Shown here one piece after another: positions 8,275 through 19,196 of a stretch of DNA of 64,000 nt. The stretch spans positions 1-64,000 of the forward strand of contig JAWLHK010000022.1 in the NCBI GenBank assembly GCA_041690355.1, written 5' to 3'. How positions within the stretch are numbered: the stretch's first letter is position 1; each line of letters opens with the position of its first letter. This DNA is from a bacterium (GTDB taxonomy: Bacteria > J088 > JAWLBW01). The position numbers and the translations under genes were made by a program. The notes beneath the pieces were generated by a model that searched no databases, had not been told where the DNA came from, and saw only the letters and a list, made by a program, of their open reading frames with translations.

Positions 8275-10254
8275 TCAGGCGGCGATGCCGTGCGCCGTGC
8301 GGACGACGTCGACGATATCGGCCATGATGCCGTTCAGCTCGAAGTCCTTCGGGGTGTAGACGCGGCTCACACCGGCCTCCTTGAGCGCCTTCTCGTCTTC
8401 GGGGGGGATGATGCCGCCGACGACGACCGGCACGTTCATGCCCTGTTCCTTCATGCGCGCGAGAACCTGGGGCACGAGGGTTTCGTGCGAGCCGGAGAGG
8501 ATCGAGAGGCCGATGACGTGCACCCCCTCTTCCTGTGCGGCCGTGACGATCTGGTCGGGGGTCAGGCGGATGCCTTCGTACACGACTTCCATGCCGACGT
8601 CGCGCGCCTTCACGGCGATCTGTTCGGCCCCGTTCGAGTGGCCGTCGAGGCCGGGCTTGCCGACGAGGATCTTCAGGCGGCGGCCCAGCTTCTGCGAGAC
8701 CTCTTCGACTTCTTTCTGGACCTTTTTGGCCGCATCGGTCTCTGCCGGGTGCAGGGCCTGGCGGGCGACACCGGTGGGGGCACGATACTCGCCGAAGACC
8801 TCGCGCAGGGCGTGGGCCCACTCGCCGGTGGTGACCCCCGCGTGGGCGGCGGCGATGCTGACCGGCATGATGTTCTGGCCGTTCTTGGCCGCATCCTTGA
8901 GGTTCCGCAAAGCGTCTTCGACGGCGCCGCCGTTCCGCTTCGCGCGGAAGGCGCGCAGGCGCTCGATCTGCTCCCGTTCCGCCTCCGGATCGACCTTCAT
9001 GATGCCGCTGTCCTGGCCCTGCAGCAGCGGGCTCGGCTCCGATTCGCGGTATTTGTTCATGCCGACGACGATCTGTTCGCCCGATTCGATGCGCTGCAGG
9101 CGGCGGTGGTTCGAATCGACGAGCCGCTCCTTGATGTAGCCGCTTTCGACGGCATCGAGCACGCCCATCTCGAGCACCTTGTTGATCTCTTCCTGCGCGC
9201 CGCCGATGAGGTCGTCGACCTTCTGCTGGATGACGGGCGAGCCGTTGAAGATGTCGCCATACTCGAGCAGGTCGGTTTCGTAGGCGATGATCTGCTGGAT
9301 GCGCAGCGACCACTGCTGGTCCCAGGGGCGCGGCAGGCCGAGCGCCTCGTTCCACGCGGGCAGCTGCACGGCGCGGGCCCGGGCGTCCTTCGAGAGCACG
9401 ACGGCGAGCATCTCGAGAATGATGCGCGGCACGTTGTTCTCGGGCTGGCTCTCGGTGAGGCCGAGCGAATTCACCTGCACGCCGTAGCGGAACCGGCGGT
9501 ACTTCTCGTCCTTCACGCCGTAGCGCTCGAGGGTGAGCTTATCCCACATCTGCGTGAAAGCGCGCATCTTGCTCATCTCTTCGATGAAGCGGATGCCGGC
9601 GTTCACGAAGAAGGAGATGCGGCCGACGACCTTGCCCATCTCGGCTTCGCTGACCTTGCCGGTCGCCTTGACGGCGTCGAGGATGGCGATGGCGTTGCAG
9701 AGCGCGTAGGCGAGCTCCTGCACGGGGGTCGCGCCGGCTTCCTGCAGATGGTACGAGCAGATGTTCGTCGGGTTCCACTTCGGGATGTTGTCCACCGTGT
9801 AGGTGATCATGTCGGTGATCAGCCGGATGGACGGCTCCGGCGGAAACACATAGGTGCCGCGCGAGAGGTATTCCTTTATGATGTCGTTCTGGGTGGTCCC
9901 CTGCAGCACCTTCGGATCTACGCCGCGCTGCTCGGCCAGGGCGACGTACATGCTGAGCAGCCAGGCCGCCGTGGCGTTGATGGTCATCGACGTGTTCATC
10001 TGCTCGATCGGAATCTGATCGAACAGGATCGACATGTCTTCGAGGTGCGAGATCGGAACCCCCACCTTGCCGACTTCGCCCTGCGAGCGCGGGTCATCGG
10101 CGTCGTAGCCGGTCTGCGTCGGCAGGTCGAAGGCCACCGAGAGGCCGGTCTGCCCCTTGGCGAGGTTGGTGCGGTAGAGTTCGTTGGACTTCAGGGCCGA
10201 CGAGTGGCCGGAATAGGTCCGCATGACCCAGGGTTTTTCGCGTTCAACGGCCAT
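8275..10254 (-). CDS. ecm: Ethylmalonyl-CoA mutase (MeaA/Ecm), B12-dependent
   Basis: PWVMRTYSGHS, GQTGLSVAFDLPTQTGYD, QPENN, C-terminal GKPGLDGHSNG cobalamin-binding motif. Confidence 0.9.
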   Translation of the reverse strand: MAVEREKPWVMRTYSGHSSALKSNELYRTNLAKGQTGLSVAFDLPTQTGYDADDPRSQGEVGKVGVPISHLEDMSILFDQIPIEQMNTSMTINATAAWLLSMYVALAEQRGVDPKVLQGTTQNDIIKEYLSRGTYVFPPEPSIRLITDMITYTVDNIPKWNPTNICSYHLQEAGATPVQELAYALCNAIAILDAVKATGKVSEAEMGKVVGRISFFVNAGIRFIEEMSKMRAFTQMWDKLTLERYGVKDEKYRRFRYGVQVNSLGLTESQPENNVPRIILEMLAVVLSKDARARAVQLPAWNEALGLPRPWDQQWSLRIQQIIAYETDLLEYGDIFNGSPVIQQKVDDLIGGAQEEINKVLEMGVLDAVESGYIKERLVDSNHRRLQRIESGEQIVVGMNKYRESEPSPLLQGQDSGIMKVDPEAEREQIERLRAFRAKRNGGAVEDALRNLKDAAKNGQNIMPVSIAAAHAGVTTGEWAHALREVFGEYRAPTGVARQALHPAETDAAKKVQKEVEEVSQKLGRRLKILVGKPGLDGHSNGAEQIAVKARDVGMEVVYEGIRLTPDQIVTAAQEEGVHVIGLSILSGSHETLVPQVLARMKEQGMNVPVVVGGIIPPEDEKALKEAGVSRVYTPKDFELNGIMADIVDVVRTAHGIAA

Positions 10255-10376
10255 GATACAGCTTCACAGGGGAATGGGTGAATCGAAAACGTACCTCTGC
10301 GACGGCGGACAACCGGCGGGTGACCGGGCCGCTGCGCCGCGCAACAGTATCATTGTACCGTGCGGGCCGCGCCCCC

Positions 10377-11216
10377 TCAATTCCGGACGTTGAGGATGAC
10401 CCCCGCTGCGATCAGCAGCCCGCCTGCGAGGGTCCACGCGTCGGGAATTTCGCCGAAGAACAGGACGCCCCAGACGGCGGCGAAGACGACCTGCAGGTAC
10501 GAGAGTGCGGTGGCGCGGCCGGCCGGTTCGCGGCGGATCCCCTCGGTGAGAAAGACCTGTCCGAACTGCGTGAACACGCCGACCCCGAGCAGCACCAGCC
10601 ACTCCCACCCCTGGGGGAGAACGAAATCCCCCGCCACGACCGGCGCGGAGAGCGGCACGGTCACGAGGGGAAAGTACATCACGATGACGAGCGGATGCTC
10701 GGTCTTGCTCAGGTGCCGCACGAGCACATAGGCCATGGCGCTGAAGACGGCGCCGCCGAACGCGGCCGCGAGGGCGAGCAGCGGATACCCCGAAATCCCC
10801 TCGAAGATCGCCGCGGGGCGCGCGACGACGAGGAGGCCGGTGATGCTGAGGGCGAGCGAGACGACCAGCATGGGGGTGATCCGCTCACGCAGGGCGGCAG
10901 CGGCGAGCAGCGCCGTGAGCACCGGGTGCATGTACTGGATGACCGTGGCCACGGCGAGCGGAAGCTCGGTGAGCGCGTAGTAGAAGCAGGTGAGCCCCGA
11001 GAACCCGAGCAGCCCGCGGATGAACAGCAGTTTCCGCTGGGTTCCCCACAGCGGCACGCCGGCCCGCGCGAGCAGCGCCCAGCTGAGCCCGAGGGAGACG
11101 AGGGCGCGCGCGAGCACGATCTCCTGGCTCGGCAGGCGCGTGCCGGCAAGCTTCACGAGGGCGCTCATGATGCTGAACGAGAGCGCGCTGAGCGCCATGT
11201 AGCGAAGACCAGACAC
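10377..11216 (-). CDS. DMT/EamA family transporter
   Basis: About 10 TM helices in two EamA-like halves. Confidence 0.88.
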   Translation of the reverse strand: MSGLRYMALSALSFSIMSALVKLAGTRLPSQEIVLARALVSLGLSWALLARAGVPLWGTQRKLLFIRGLLGFSGLTCFYYALTELPLAVATVIQYMHPVLTALLAAAALRERITPMLVVSLALSITGLLVVARPAAIFEGISGYPLLALAAAFGGAVFSAMAYVLVRHLSKTEHPLVIVMYFPLVTVPLSAPVVAGDFVLPQGWEWLVLLGVGVFTQFGQVFLTEGIRREPAGRATALSYLQVVFAAVWGVLFFGEIPDAWTLAGGLLIAAGVILNVRN

Positions 11217-11222
11217 GCGAGA

Positions 11223-11461
11223 ATTGACGATTGACGATTTACAATTGACGATTGGGGGGCAAGGGCACCAGAACCGTTCGTCCCGAGCTGACCGAACGGA
11301 GCAGGGTGTAGTTCGACAGCGAGGGAGCGCACCTGAGTGACGAGTTACGAGTTACGAGTGACGAATACCCGCAAGAACGTCGAACCCCCAGCCCTTGCTT
11401 CCTCGGCGCTCAGCGCTTGGTACTTTTTCCGCTCAGGAATCAAGAATCAAGAATCAGGAAT
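11223..11461 (+). repeat. Modular repeat site A
   Basis: (ATTKACR)x4 11223-11253; GCAAGG; CCGTTCG..CGAACGG hairpin; (GAGTKAC)x4 11335-11362; GCAAG..CCCTTGC; (RGCGCTY)x2; (TCARGAA)x4 11433-11461. Confidence 0.9.
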
Positions 11462-11478
11462 GGCCACCGGCCCTGGGT

Positions 11479-12537
11479 TCACAGCTTCGACTGGTCCGCG
11501 ATGCGCGCGGCCTCGCCCGCCAGAATGTGCACGCCCATGATCATGGCGGCGAAGCGCGGATCCTTCGTCAGCCCCTGGTGGAACCGGTAGTAGATCTGCT
11601 GGGCCACGACCGCCGTCTTGAAGAGCGCGAACACGTAGTAGTAGTCCAGCTTCGACAGATCGGCCCCCGTCCGTTCCGCATACCGATCGGCGATCTCGCG
11701 GCGCGTGGGCATGCCGGGAAGATCGGTCGGCACGAACTTCACCATGCGCAGCTCGTCGCTGTCGTCGGCCTGCACCCAGTAGCCCAGCGTCGTCCCCAGA
11801 TCCATGAGCGGATCGCCGATCGTCGACATCTCCCAGTCGAGCACGCCGATAAGCCGCGTCACATCGTTCGGGTCGAGGATGACGTTGTCGAACTTGTAGT
11901 CGTTGTGGATGAGCGCGGCGCCGCTTTCGGCGGGCAGCTTCTCCTTGAGCCACTCCGCCGCCCGCAGCACGGCGGGGATCTCGTCGGTCTGCGATCCGAA
12001 GTACCGCTTGGTCCACCCGCTCACCTGGCGTTCCACGTACCCCTCCGGCTTCCCCAGATCGCCCAGGCCGGCAGCCTTGTAATCGAGGTTGTGGAGGTCG
12101 GCCAGGTTGTCGATGAAGTTGAAGGCGAGGGCGCGCGCGGTGGCCTCGTCGAGCTGCAGATCCTTCGGCAGCTGATTGCGGATGATGACGCCGCGGATGC
12201 GCTCCATGACGTAGAAGGGGACGTCCATGACCTCCGACTCTTCCGCATAGACCAGCGGCTTCGGCGCCTTCGGGTAGACCGGGTGCAACGCGGAGAGGAT
12301 CCGGTTCTCGCGCCCCATGTCGTGGGCCGACTTCACCTTGCTACCGAAAGGCGGCCGGCGCAGGACCAGCTCGCGATCGCCGAGACGGATGAGGTAGGTC
12401 AGGTTCGAATGGCCGCTGGGGAACTGTTCGACGGCGAGGGGACCCGAGGAACCCGGAATGCGTTCCAGCAGGAACGTTTCGAGCCGGGCGACGTCCAGTT
12501 CTTCGCCTGCGCGCGGGGCGCGTGCCTGATCGATCAT
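11479..12537 (-). CDS. APH-like phosphotransferase (ACAD10/11 kinase domain-like)
   Basis: [43 protein letters not shown]. Confidence 0.9.
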   Translation of the reverse strand: MIDQARAPRAGEELDVARLETFLLERIPGSSGPLAVEQFPSGHSNLTYLIRLGDRELVLRRPPFGSKVKSAHDMGRENRILSALHPVYPKAPKPLVYAEESEVMDVPFYVMERIRGVIIRNQLPKDLQLDEATARALAFNFIDNLADLHNLDYKAAGLGDLGKPEGYVERQVSGWTKRYFGSQTDEIPAVLRAAEWLKEKLPAESGAALIHNDYKFDNVILDPNDVTRLIGVLDWEMSTIGDPLMDLGTTLGYWVQADDSDELRMVKFVPTDLPGMPTRREIADRYAERTGADLSKLDYYYVFALFKTAVVAQQIYYRFHQGLTKDPRFAAMIMGVHILAGEAARIADQSKL

Positions 12538-12570
12538 GTCATCCTCCGGAAGGTGGGGCCGGCGCCTCGG

Positions 12571-13770
<1,200 letters not shown>

Positions 13771-13780
13771 CGTGACGTCC

Positions 13781-14503
13781 TCAACGGTAGGTGATCATCC
13801 GGGGGTACTGCAGGTGGGGGAGCGCATTGAAGCGGCTCAGCGTGAAGCGCTCCTCGTTGAACGTGAACTCGGCCAGGGCGGCGTTGTTGACCATCCAGCT
13901 CAGTTCGATGGTCTTCACGTCGTCGAGCCCCAGGGCATATCCGGCCGCCCCGGCGACAAAGCCGCCGGAGGTGAAGGCGACGACGCGGCGGCCGCGCCCG
14001 GCGGTCTGGAGCAGCTCTTCGACCCAGCCGGCGACCCGTGCGCGGAAGTCGGCCCACGGTTCCACGCCCGGTTCGCTGATCTCGCCGCGCACCCAGGCGC
14101 GCATGACGTGCTCGAAAACTTTCTGGAAAGCCTTCCGGCGTGCCGAGCGGTCGTTTTCCACTTCCGACAGCGCGCCCATGAGGGTCTGGAGGTGAACGTC
14201 TTCGCTGGCGAGGCGGGGGAGGGCGAGCTTGAGCAGCTCTTCGCCCTGGTACTCGTCGAGCGCGGGGGCGTCGAGCGGCTCGGGCCAGTCGAAGCCGGCG
14301 TCGCGGTAGACCCGGGCAACCCCCTCGGCGGTCTGGCGATGCCGTTTACGGGGACCGATGAAGACGGTATCGAAGCGGGTTTCGGCGTTGACCCAGTGTC
14401 CGCCGAGCAGGGTGCTCTGCGTCTCGCCCAGGGGAGAGAGCTGGTCGTAGTCGGCGGCTCCGAACGAAGCCTGCGCGTGGCGGACGAGAATCAGGGTGCT
14501 CAT
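13781..14503 (-). CDS. Histidine phosphatase family protein
   Basis: LVRHAQASFG, R..QTA, FTSGG, FN..PHL. Confidence 0.88.
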   Translation of the reverse strand: MSTLILVRHAQASFGAADYDQLSPLGETQSTLLGGHWVNAETRFDTVFIGPRKRHRQTAEGVARVYRDAGFDWPEPLDAPALDEYQGEELLKLALPRLASEDVHLQTLMGALSEVENDRSARRKAFQKVFEHVMRAWVRGEISEPGVEPWADFRARVAGWVEELLQTAGRGRRVVAFTSGGFVAGAAGYALGLDDVKTIELSWMVNNAALAEFTFNEERFTLSRFNALPHLQYPRMITYR

Positions 14504-14546
14504 GGTAACGCGGGTGTAAAAGTATACGGTAGCCAACCGGGGGCCA

Positions 14547-14897
14547 ATTTACAATTTACAATTTACGATTGACGATTGACGATTTACCGGCAAGGACACG
14601 GAGCCGTTCGTCCCGAGCTGACGGCGGGAACGGAGTCGACGCGACAGCGAGGGAGGGCACTTGAATGACGAGTGACGAGTGGGCCCCCCTCCTTCACGGA
14701 TGCAACTGCAGCAAGCGTTCCCCCGAGGGGGGCACTGCACGTACCTGGCACACCGGCATCCGTTCGTCGCGAGCTGACCGGACGGAGCAGGGGGGCGGAC
14801 AGAGAGGAGGGGCATGTCTCGCCGTCGTTCCAGGCGCCGCCTTCCACCGTCGGCTCGACACGAACGGATCTTGCATCCCGTTCAGCGCTTGGCGCTT
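14547..14897 (+). repeat. Modular repeat site B with internal REP-like inverted repeat
   Basis: (ATTKACR)x6 14547-14587; GGCAAGG; ~90 bp similar to site A; (GARTGAC)x2; 21-bp IR 14758-14778/14849-14869; CTTGC; (TYRGCGC)x2. Confidence 0.9.
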
Positions 14898-14948
14898 AAG
14901 GCTGCCCCCCGATTGACCGCAAGGCTCCCGTCCTGCCATGCTGAACGG

Positions 14949-15875
14949 ATGCGAATCACGTACAGCCTGCCCCTCGACGAATACCAGCGCAAACTCGCCG
15001 ACCGCGTCCTGCGCGAGAGCGGCGCCCCCTTCGATCTCACCGACCCGGCCGCTTTCCGCGACAGAGTCGCGCGCGTGTGGGGGCTCTACCAGGCCGTTCG
15101 GCACAAGGAACATCCGTTTCTCCCGCCGCTGCGGATCGCCGACCGCGTCGACCAGCTGATCTATGAGCGCAAGCGACAGGAATACATCGACGACCCGGCC
15201 ATTCCCATCGCGCGTCGCGAGAGACTCGTGCGCAACCTCGCGCGGCTGAACGAGGTGCTCTTCTCCTATCATTGGTTCTTCGCGGCGCTCGAGGATGTCG
15301 TGCGCCGGATCCCGGGCGACGAGGTGTCGATCCTCGACATCGGCAGCGGCCACGGCGAGTTCCCCATCGCGCTCGCGAAGAAGGGGACGCTCGGGGGCAA
15401 ACGCCTGCGGGTCGTCGGCAGCGACATCGATCCCGACTACGTCCGTCAGGCACAGGAACGTGCGCGCGCCGAAGGGGTCGCGGTCGAATTTCGCGTCGTC
15501 GACGCGCTGCAGCTCGATCGCCTCGAAGAGCGCTTCGACGTCATCACGTCGACGCAGACGGTGCACCACTTCTCGCCGGCGTTCGTGGCCGAGCTGATCG
15601 CGCGCGCCCGCCTGAATGCGCGTCACGAGGTGGTGCTCTTCGATGCCCGCCGGTCGGCCTTGAGCCTGGCCGGCGTCACGATCGGGACCCTGGCGGTGGC
15701 GCGCGACCCGATGTTCCTGCACGACGGCGTCTACTCGGTGCGCCGCATGTACAGCCCGGCGGAGTTCGAGATGCTCGCCCGCTGCGCCCCCGGCGGCGCC
15801 GGCGCCCGCGCGCGGAACCTGGCCTACGGGTTCGTGGTGCTCGAAGCCGCAGCCCAATTGACGATTTACGATTGA
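14949..15875 (+). CDS. Class I SAM-dependent methyltransferase
   Basis: ILDIGSGHG, GSDID, VDAL, FDVIT..HH; stop lies inside heptamer array. Confidence 0.85.
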   Translation: MRITYSLPLDEYQRKLADRVLRESGAPFDLTDPAAFRDRVARVWGLYQAVRHKEHPFLPPLRIADRVDQLIYERKRQEYIDDPAIPIARRERLVRNLARLNEVLFSYHWFFAALEDVVRRIPGDEVSILDIGSGHGEFPIALAKKGTLGGKRLRVVGSDIDPDYVRQAQERARAEGVAVEFRVVDALQLDRLEERFDVITSTQTVHHFSPAFVAELIARARLNARHEVVLFDARRSALSLAGVTIGTLAVARDPMFLHDGVYSVRRMYSPAEFEMLARCAPGGAGARARNLAYGFVVLEAAAQLTIYD

Positions 15876-15975
15876 CGATTGACGATTTACCCGGCAAGGA
15901 CCCGGTATCTATGCCCTTGTGGTCCTTGATGCTCAGCGCTTAGCGCTTGGCGCTTGGCGCTCAGGGCTTGGCGCT
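15857..15975 (+). repeat. Modular repeat site C
   Basis: (ATTKACG)x5; CAAGGACC 15895-15902 / GGTCCTTG 15921-15928 hairpin; (RGCGCTY)x6. Confidence 0.92.
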
Positions 15976-16556
15976 ACCGGCGTGGGCGGCAGCGCGTCGG
16001 GGAGGTGGAACCAGAGTTCGTCAGCGGTCCTGTGCGCCCGCAAGGCGTCCACGACGACGGGCAGGGGTTCCGCGTAGGCGTCTGGGAAGTCCGCTTCTCC
16101 CTCCAGGCGGATCGGGAACGCCAGCTTTTCGACCGGCGGCGTGAATTCCGCGTGGATGTCCGCCCGGTTCCCGCGGGCGTCGATCCGGTACCAGCCGTAC
16201 TCCGGCAGCCAGACCGCATTCAACCCGTGCAGGCAGTATGGCGCACCGTTGTCGTCGCGGCTCAACCGTTGATAACAGAGCGCCGCGGGAATGCCGTTGG
16301 CGCGCAGGAGCGCGGCCAGCAGGTGGCTCTTGGCGTAGCAGTATCCGCTGCCGACGGCCAGCACTTCCGAGGCCGAGCAGGTGACCGGCTGCAGCCCGAA
16401 GTCGCGTGAATGGCGAATTTCGTCGCGCACCCACTCAAAGCAGCGCTTCGCGATCTCCTCTGGCGAGGCCGCGCCGGCCGCCACGACGCGCGCCTGCTCC
16501 AGCACGGCGGGGTGGGTCCAGTCGATCACCTGGGTGACGGCGAGATACGCTTCCAT
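15933..16556 (-). CDS. Transglutaminase-like protein
   Basis: FEWVRDEIRHS, GYCYAKSHLL, LHGLNAV, WYRIDARG (Cys-His-Asp). Confidence 0.88.
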   Translation of the reverse strand: MEAYLAVTQVIDWTHPAVLEQARVVAAGAASPEEIAKRCFEWVRDEIRHSRDFGLQPVTCSASEVLAVGSGYCYAKSHLLAALLRANGIPAALCYQRLSRDDNGAPYCLHGLNAVWLPEYGWYRIDARGNRADIHAEFTPPVEKLAFPIRLEGEADFPDAYAEPLPVVVDALRAHRTADELWFHLPDALPPTPVAPSPERQAPSAKR

Positions 16557-16656
16557 GCATACAGGGTAACACTTCATGGACGCGACCCGCGTGTGGCGCG
16601 ATGGGTCGCCGCACCGGTATCTGGTAGAATGGCCCGGTGTGCAAGGGAGGGTGACC

Positions 16657-17274
16657 ATGGGTTACAAGACGACGCTCGAACTGCTGACGCCCCGTACGGC
16701 CGAAGGCGAATCAAGGCAGGTTCTCGAGAAGGGGAAGGCCTTTTCGGGCGGCATGCTTCCGAACATGTTTGCCGCCATGGCGCACGCGCCCGAGGCCATG
16801 GAGACGTACATGTTCGGCTACAAGGCGTTCCGCGAAAAGTCGGGATTCACGCCGGCCGAACAGGAAGTCGTCTTTCTGGTCATCAGTTACGAAAACAGCT
16901 GTGAGTACTGTATCGCGGGCCACAGCTTCGCGGCCGACGTCATGTCGAACGTCCCCTTCGAGGTGACCGAGGCCATCCGGAACGACGAGCCCGTACCGGA
17001 TGCGCGCCTCGGTGCGCTCGCAGAGTTCACCCGGGTCATGCTGCTCTCCCGCGGCCGACCGAGCCGCGAAGAAGTCGACGCGTTTCTCGCCGCCGGATAC
17101 ACCGAGAAGCAGATTCTCGACATCGTTCTCGCGATTGCGGTCAAGACGATCAGCAACTATACGAATCACGTCTTCGACACGCCGGTCGACGGCGTCATGA
17201 AGATCCGCGAGTGGAAGTCGTTCCGGGCGGTGAACCGGATGGTTCGCTTTCTGCGCCGCGGGAAATCTTCCTGA
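16657..17274 (+). CDS. AhpD/carboxymuconolactone decarboxylase family protein
   Basis: E...S..NSCEYC...H motif; SD GGGAGG. Confidence 0.88.
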   Translation: MGYKTTLELLTPRTAEGESRQVLEKGKAFSGGMLPNMFAAMAHAPEAMETYMFGYKAFREKSGFTPAEQEVVFLVISYENSCEYCIAGHSFAADVMSNVPFEVTEAIRNDEPVPDARLGALAEFTRVMLLSRGRPSREEVDAFLAAGYTEKQILDIVLAIAVKTISNYTNHVFDTPVDGVMKIREWKSFRAVNRMVRFLRRGKSS

Positions 17275-17289
17275 CGTCCCCCCCCGATC

Positions 17290-17703
17290 TCAACCGCCGC
17301 GCGCCGTCAGGACCACGGAGTCGGCCGAGCGGTCGGCGGGACCGTGGAAAACTGCTTCCACGTTATTCCCGTCGGGGTCCAGGACAAAGGCCCCGTAGTA
17401 GCCGGGATGGTAGGCTCGCTCGCCGGGCGCGCCGTTGTCGCGGGCGCCCGCGGCCAGCATGGCGGCATGCCAGCGATCGACCGTCGCGCGATCCGGCGCC
17501 TGAAACGCGATGTGGACGCGGGACACAGGGCCGTCGGCCGGCGAGACGAACAATTCGTCGACCACGAAGAAGCCGGGTCCCGCTACCAGGTCGCCCGCAA
17601 ACCCGAGCGCGTCCAGGGCCGCACGGTAAAAGCGCTTGCTCGCCTCCAGATCGGCGACGCGCAGGTGCACGTGGTCAAACAGTCTTCCGCGGTGGAACTG
17701 CAT
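17290..17703 (-). CDS. VOC/glyoxalase family protein
   Basis: DHVHLRVADL, HIAF, GAFVLDPDGNNVEAV. Confidence 0.9.
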   Translation of the reverse strand: MQFHRGRLFDHVHLRVADLEASKRFYRAALDALGFAGDLVAGPGFFVVDELFVSPADGPVSRVHIAFQAPDRATVDRWHAAMLAAGARDNGAPGERAYHPGYYGAFVLDPDGNNVEAVFHGPADRSADSVVLTARGG

Positions 17704-17712
17704 GGGGCGCTC

Positions 17713-17736
17713 CTATCCTCGTGTCAGGTCTACCAC
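17713..17736 (-). pseudogene. Possible 7-codon stub of a MazF/PemK-type toxin
   Basis: GTG overlapping antitoxin stop reads M-V-D-L-T-R-G-stop. Confidence 0.35.
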
Positions 17737-17966
17737 TCTTCGCGCGCAAGGGAGAGGAGCTGGCCGTGCGCCAGAGAAGCCTCCAGCGTCGAGCCTTCCG
17801 TGGCGTAGACGGCATTCAGACGCTCGGTCACGGCCGACGACCCGTGACGGGACGCATATTCGCGCAGAGCGTCACGGAATACCGCAGAGAGGGAAACGCG
17901 CCGCTGTCTGGCCAGCTGCTCGGCGGCTTTGAGAAGCCGGCGAGGAATCGAGATGGCAACCTTCAT
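17730..17966 (-). CDS. Ribbon-helix-helix antitoxin (ChpI/MazE-like)
   Basis: MKVAISIP..L...A...S.S..F..AL..Y; TERLNAVY; C-terminal EEW; SD AAGGA. Confidence 0.75.
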   Translation of the reverse strand: MKVAISIPRRLLKAAEQLARQRRVSLSAVFRDALREYASRHGSSAVTERLNAVYATEGSTLEASLAHGQLLSLAREEW

Positions 17967-18065
17967 TCCTTCAGGATGGCACCCGGATCAGCCCCCCGCA
18001 ACCCCTCTGCCCGAGGCCGCACCTCACGCGGAATGCAAAAACGAAAATCCCGGTCCGCTCCCGCG

Positions 18066-19196
18066 CTACACCCGATACCCAATCACCGCCTCCATCTGCC
18101 GATCCTGCATCAGGGGCATCGCCAGGCGGACCATCGCGTTGCGCAGGCCCACCGCCAGCGGATTCTCCCATTGCCCGACGCGGCCGATGTTCCATGCCTG
18201 GGTCACGAGCTGCGACGTGCGCGGCTTGCGGCGTTCCTCATAGTTGCGGAGCGACACGGTCGTCTCGTTACCGGCCAGCAGGCAGTCCACGAGCACGGCC
18301 GCGTCTTCGAGCGCCATGCATCCGCCCTGGCCCAGGTTCGGCGTCGTCGGGTGCGCCGCGTCGCCGAGCAGGGTCACGCGGCCGCGCCCCCAGTGGGCGA
18401 TGGGCGGTCGGTCATGAATGTCGTGCCGCAGGATCGCCGTCTCGGGGGTCGCCCGGATGAGTTCCTCGATGGGCGCGTGCCAGCCGCGGAACAGTTCCAG
18501 CAGATGCGCCTTCTCGCCTTCAGGCGCATGACCGCCCGCCGGGGTGTTTTCGGTCGCGAACCAGTAGACCCGGTTCCCCGGCAGCGGCGCCTGGCCGAAG
18601 CGGCGGCCGGGGCCCCAGGTTTCGCCCGGGGTCGTCTTCTGGATATCGAAAGGAACCACGCCGCGCCAGGCGACGTATCCCGAATAGCGCAAGGCTTCTC
18701 CCGGATGCAGTTGCGCGCGCACGGCGGAGTGGAGGCCGTCGGCGCCGATCAGCATGTCGCCTTCTACCTCGGTGCCGTCGTGGAAGGCGGCCACGACGCG
18801 ATCACCTCGCTCTTCGAACGATGCCAGCGCTTTGCCGAGGTGAACGGGGCCGCCGTACAGGGCGAGGAGGGCGTCCTGAAGATCGCCGCGATGGACGACG
18901 GCGCTGATCTCGCCGAACTTCTGGCGCAGATGTTCCGACTCCGTCTCGACGAGAAGGCGCCCGGCCGACGTGCGGATCCCCGCGACCATCGGTTCCCGGT
19001 AGGCCGGGAGCGACCCTTCGAAGCCGAGCTTGCGCAGGGCGTGCAGGGCGTTCGCCCACAGCGCGATGCCGGCGCCGACGGGCTTCAGTTCGGCCGCCTG
19101 TTCGTAGACTTCGACGTCGAAACCTGCCCGGCGCAGACCCGCCGCGACCCCGAGTCCGCCGATGCCCGCGCCGATAACGATGACTTTCCTGCTCAT
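18066..19196 (-). CDS. FAD-dependent monooxygenase
   Basis: GAGIGG, GADG, LLGDAAH.TTPNLGQGG. Confidence 0.92.
   Translation of the reverse strand: MSRKVIVIGAGIGGLGVAAGLRRAGFDVEVYEQAAELKPVGAGIALWANALHALRKLGFEGSLPAYREPMVAGIRTSAGRLLVETESEHLRQKFGEISAVVHRGDLQDALLALYGGPVHLGKALASFEERGDRVVAAFHDGTEVEGDMLIGADGLHSAVRAQLHPGEALRYSGYVAWRGVVPFDIQKTTPGETWGPGRRFGQAPLPGNRVYWFATENTPAGGHAPEGEKAHLLELFRGWHAPIEELIRATPETAILRHDIHDRPPIAHWGRGRVTLLGDAAHPTTPNLGQGGCMALEDAAVLVDCLLAGNETTVSLRNYEERRKPRTSQLVTQAWNIGRVGQWENPLAVGLRNAMVRLAMPLMQDRQMEAVIGYRV

Noticed and set aside
7456-10281. 941-aa plus-strand ORF and similar long ORFs (11395-13413, 17211-19238, 45769-47868, 51612-53081)
   Set aside because: Antisense shadows of well-supported genes, expected in high-GC DNA.
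11479-12537. Aminoglycoside-resistance kinase
   Set aside because: Motifs and ACAD linkage fit the ACAD10/11-type metabolic kinase.
14547-14587. Array A (contains TTGACG/TTTACA and TACGAT) as a built-in sigma70 promoter
   Set aside because: At 17-bp spacing the -10 position falls on GACGAT or outside the array in all four copies; no proper -35/-10 pair.
14688-14695. Match to 1261 (CCTCCTTCACG) as another repeat
   Set aside because: It is only the reverse complement of an SD-like AAGGAGG; too short to support homology.
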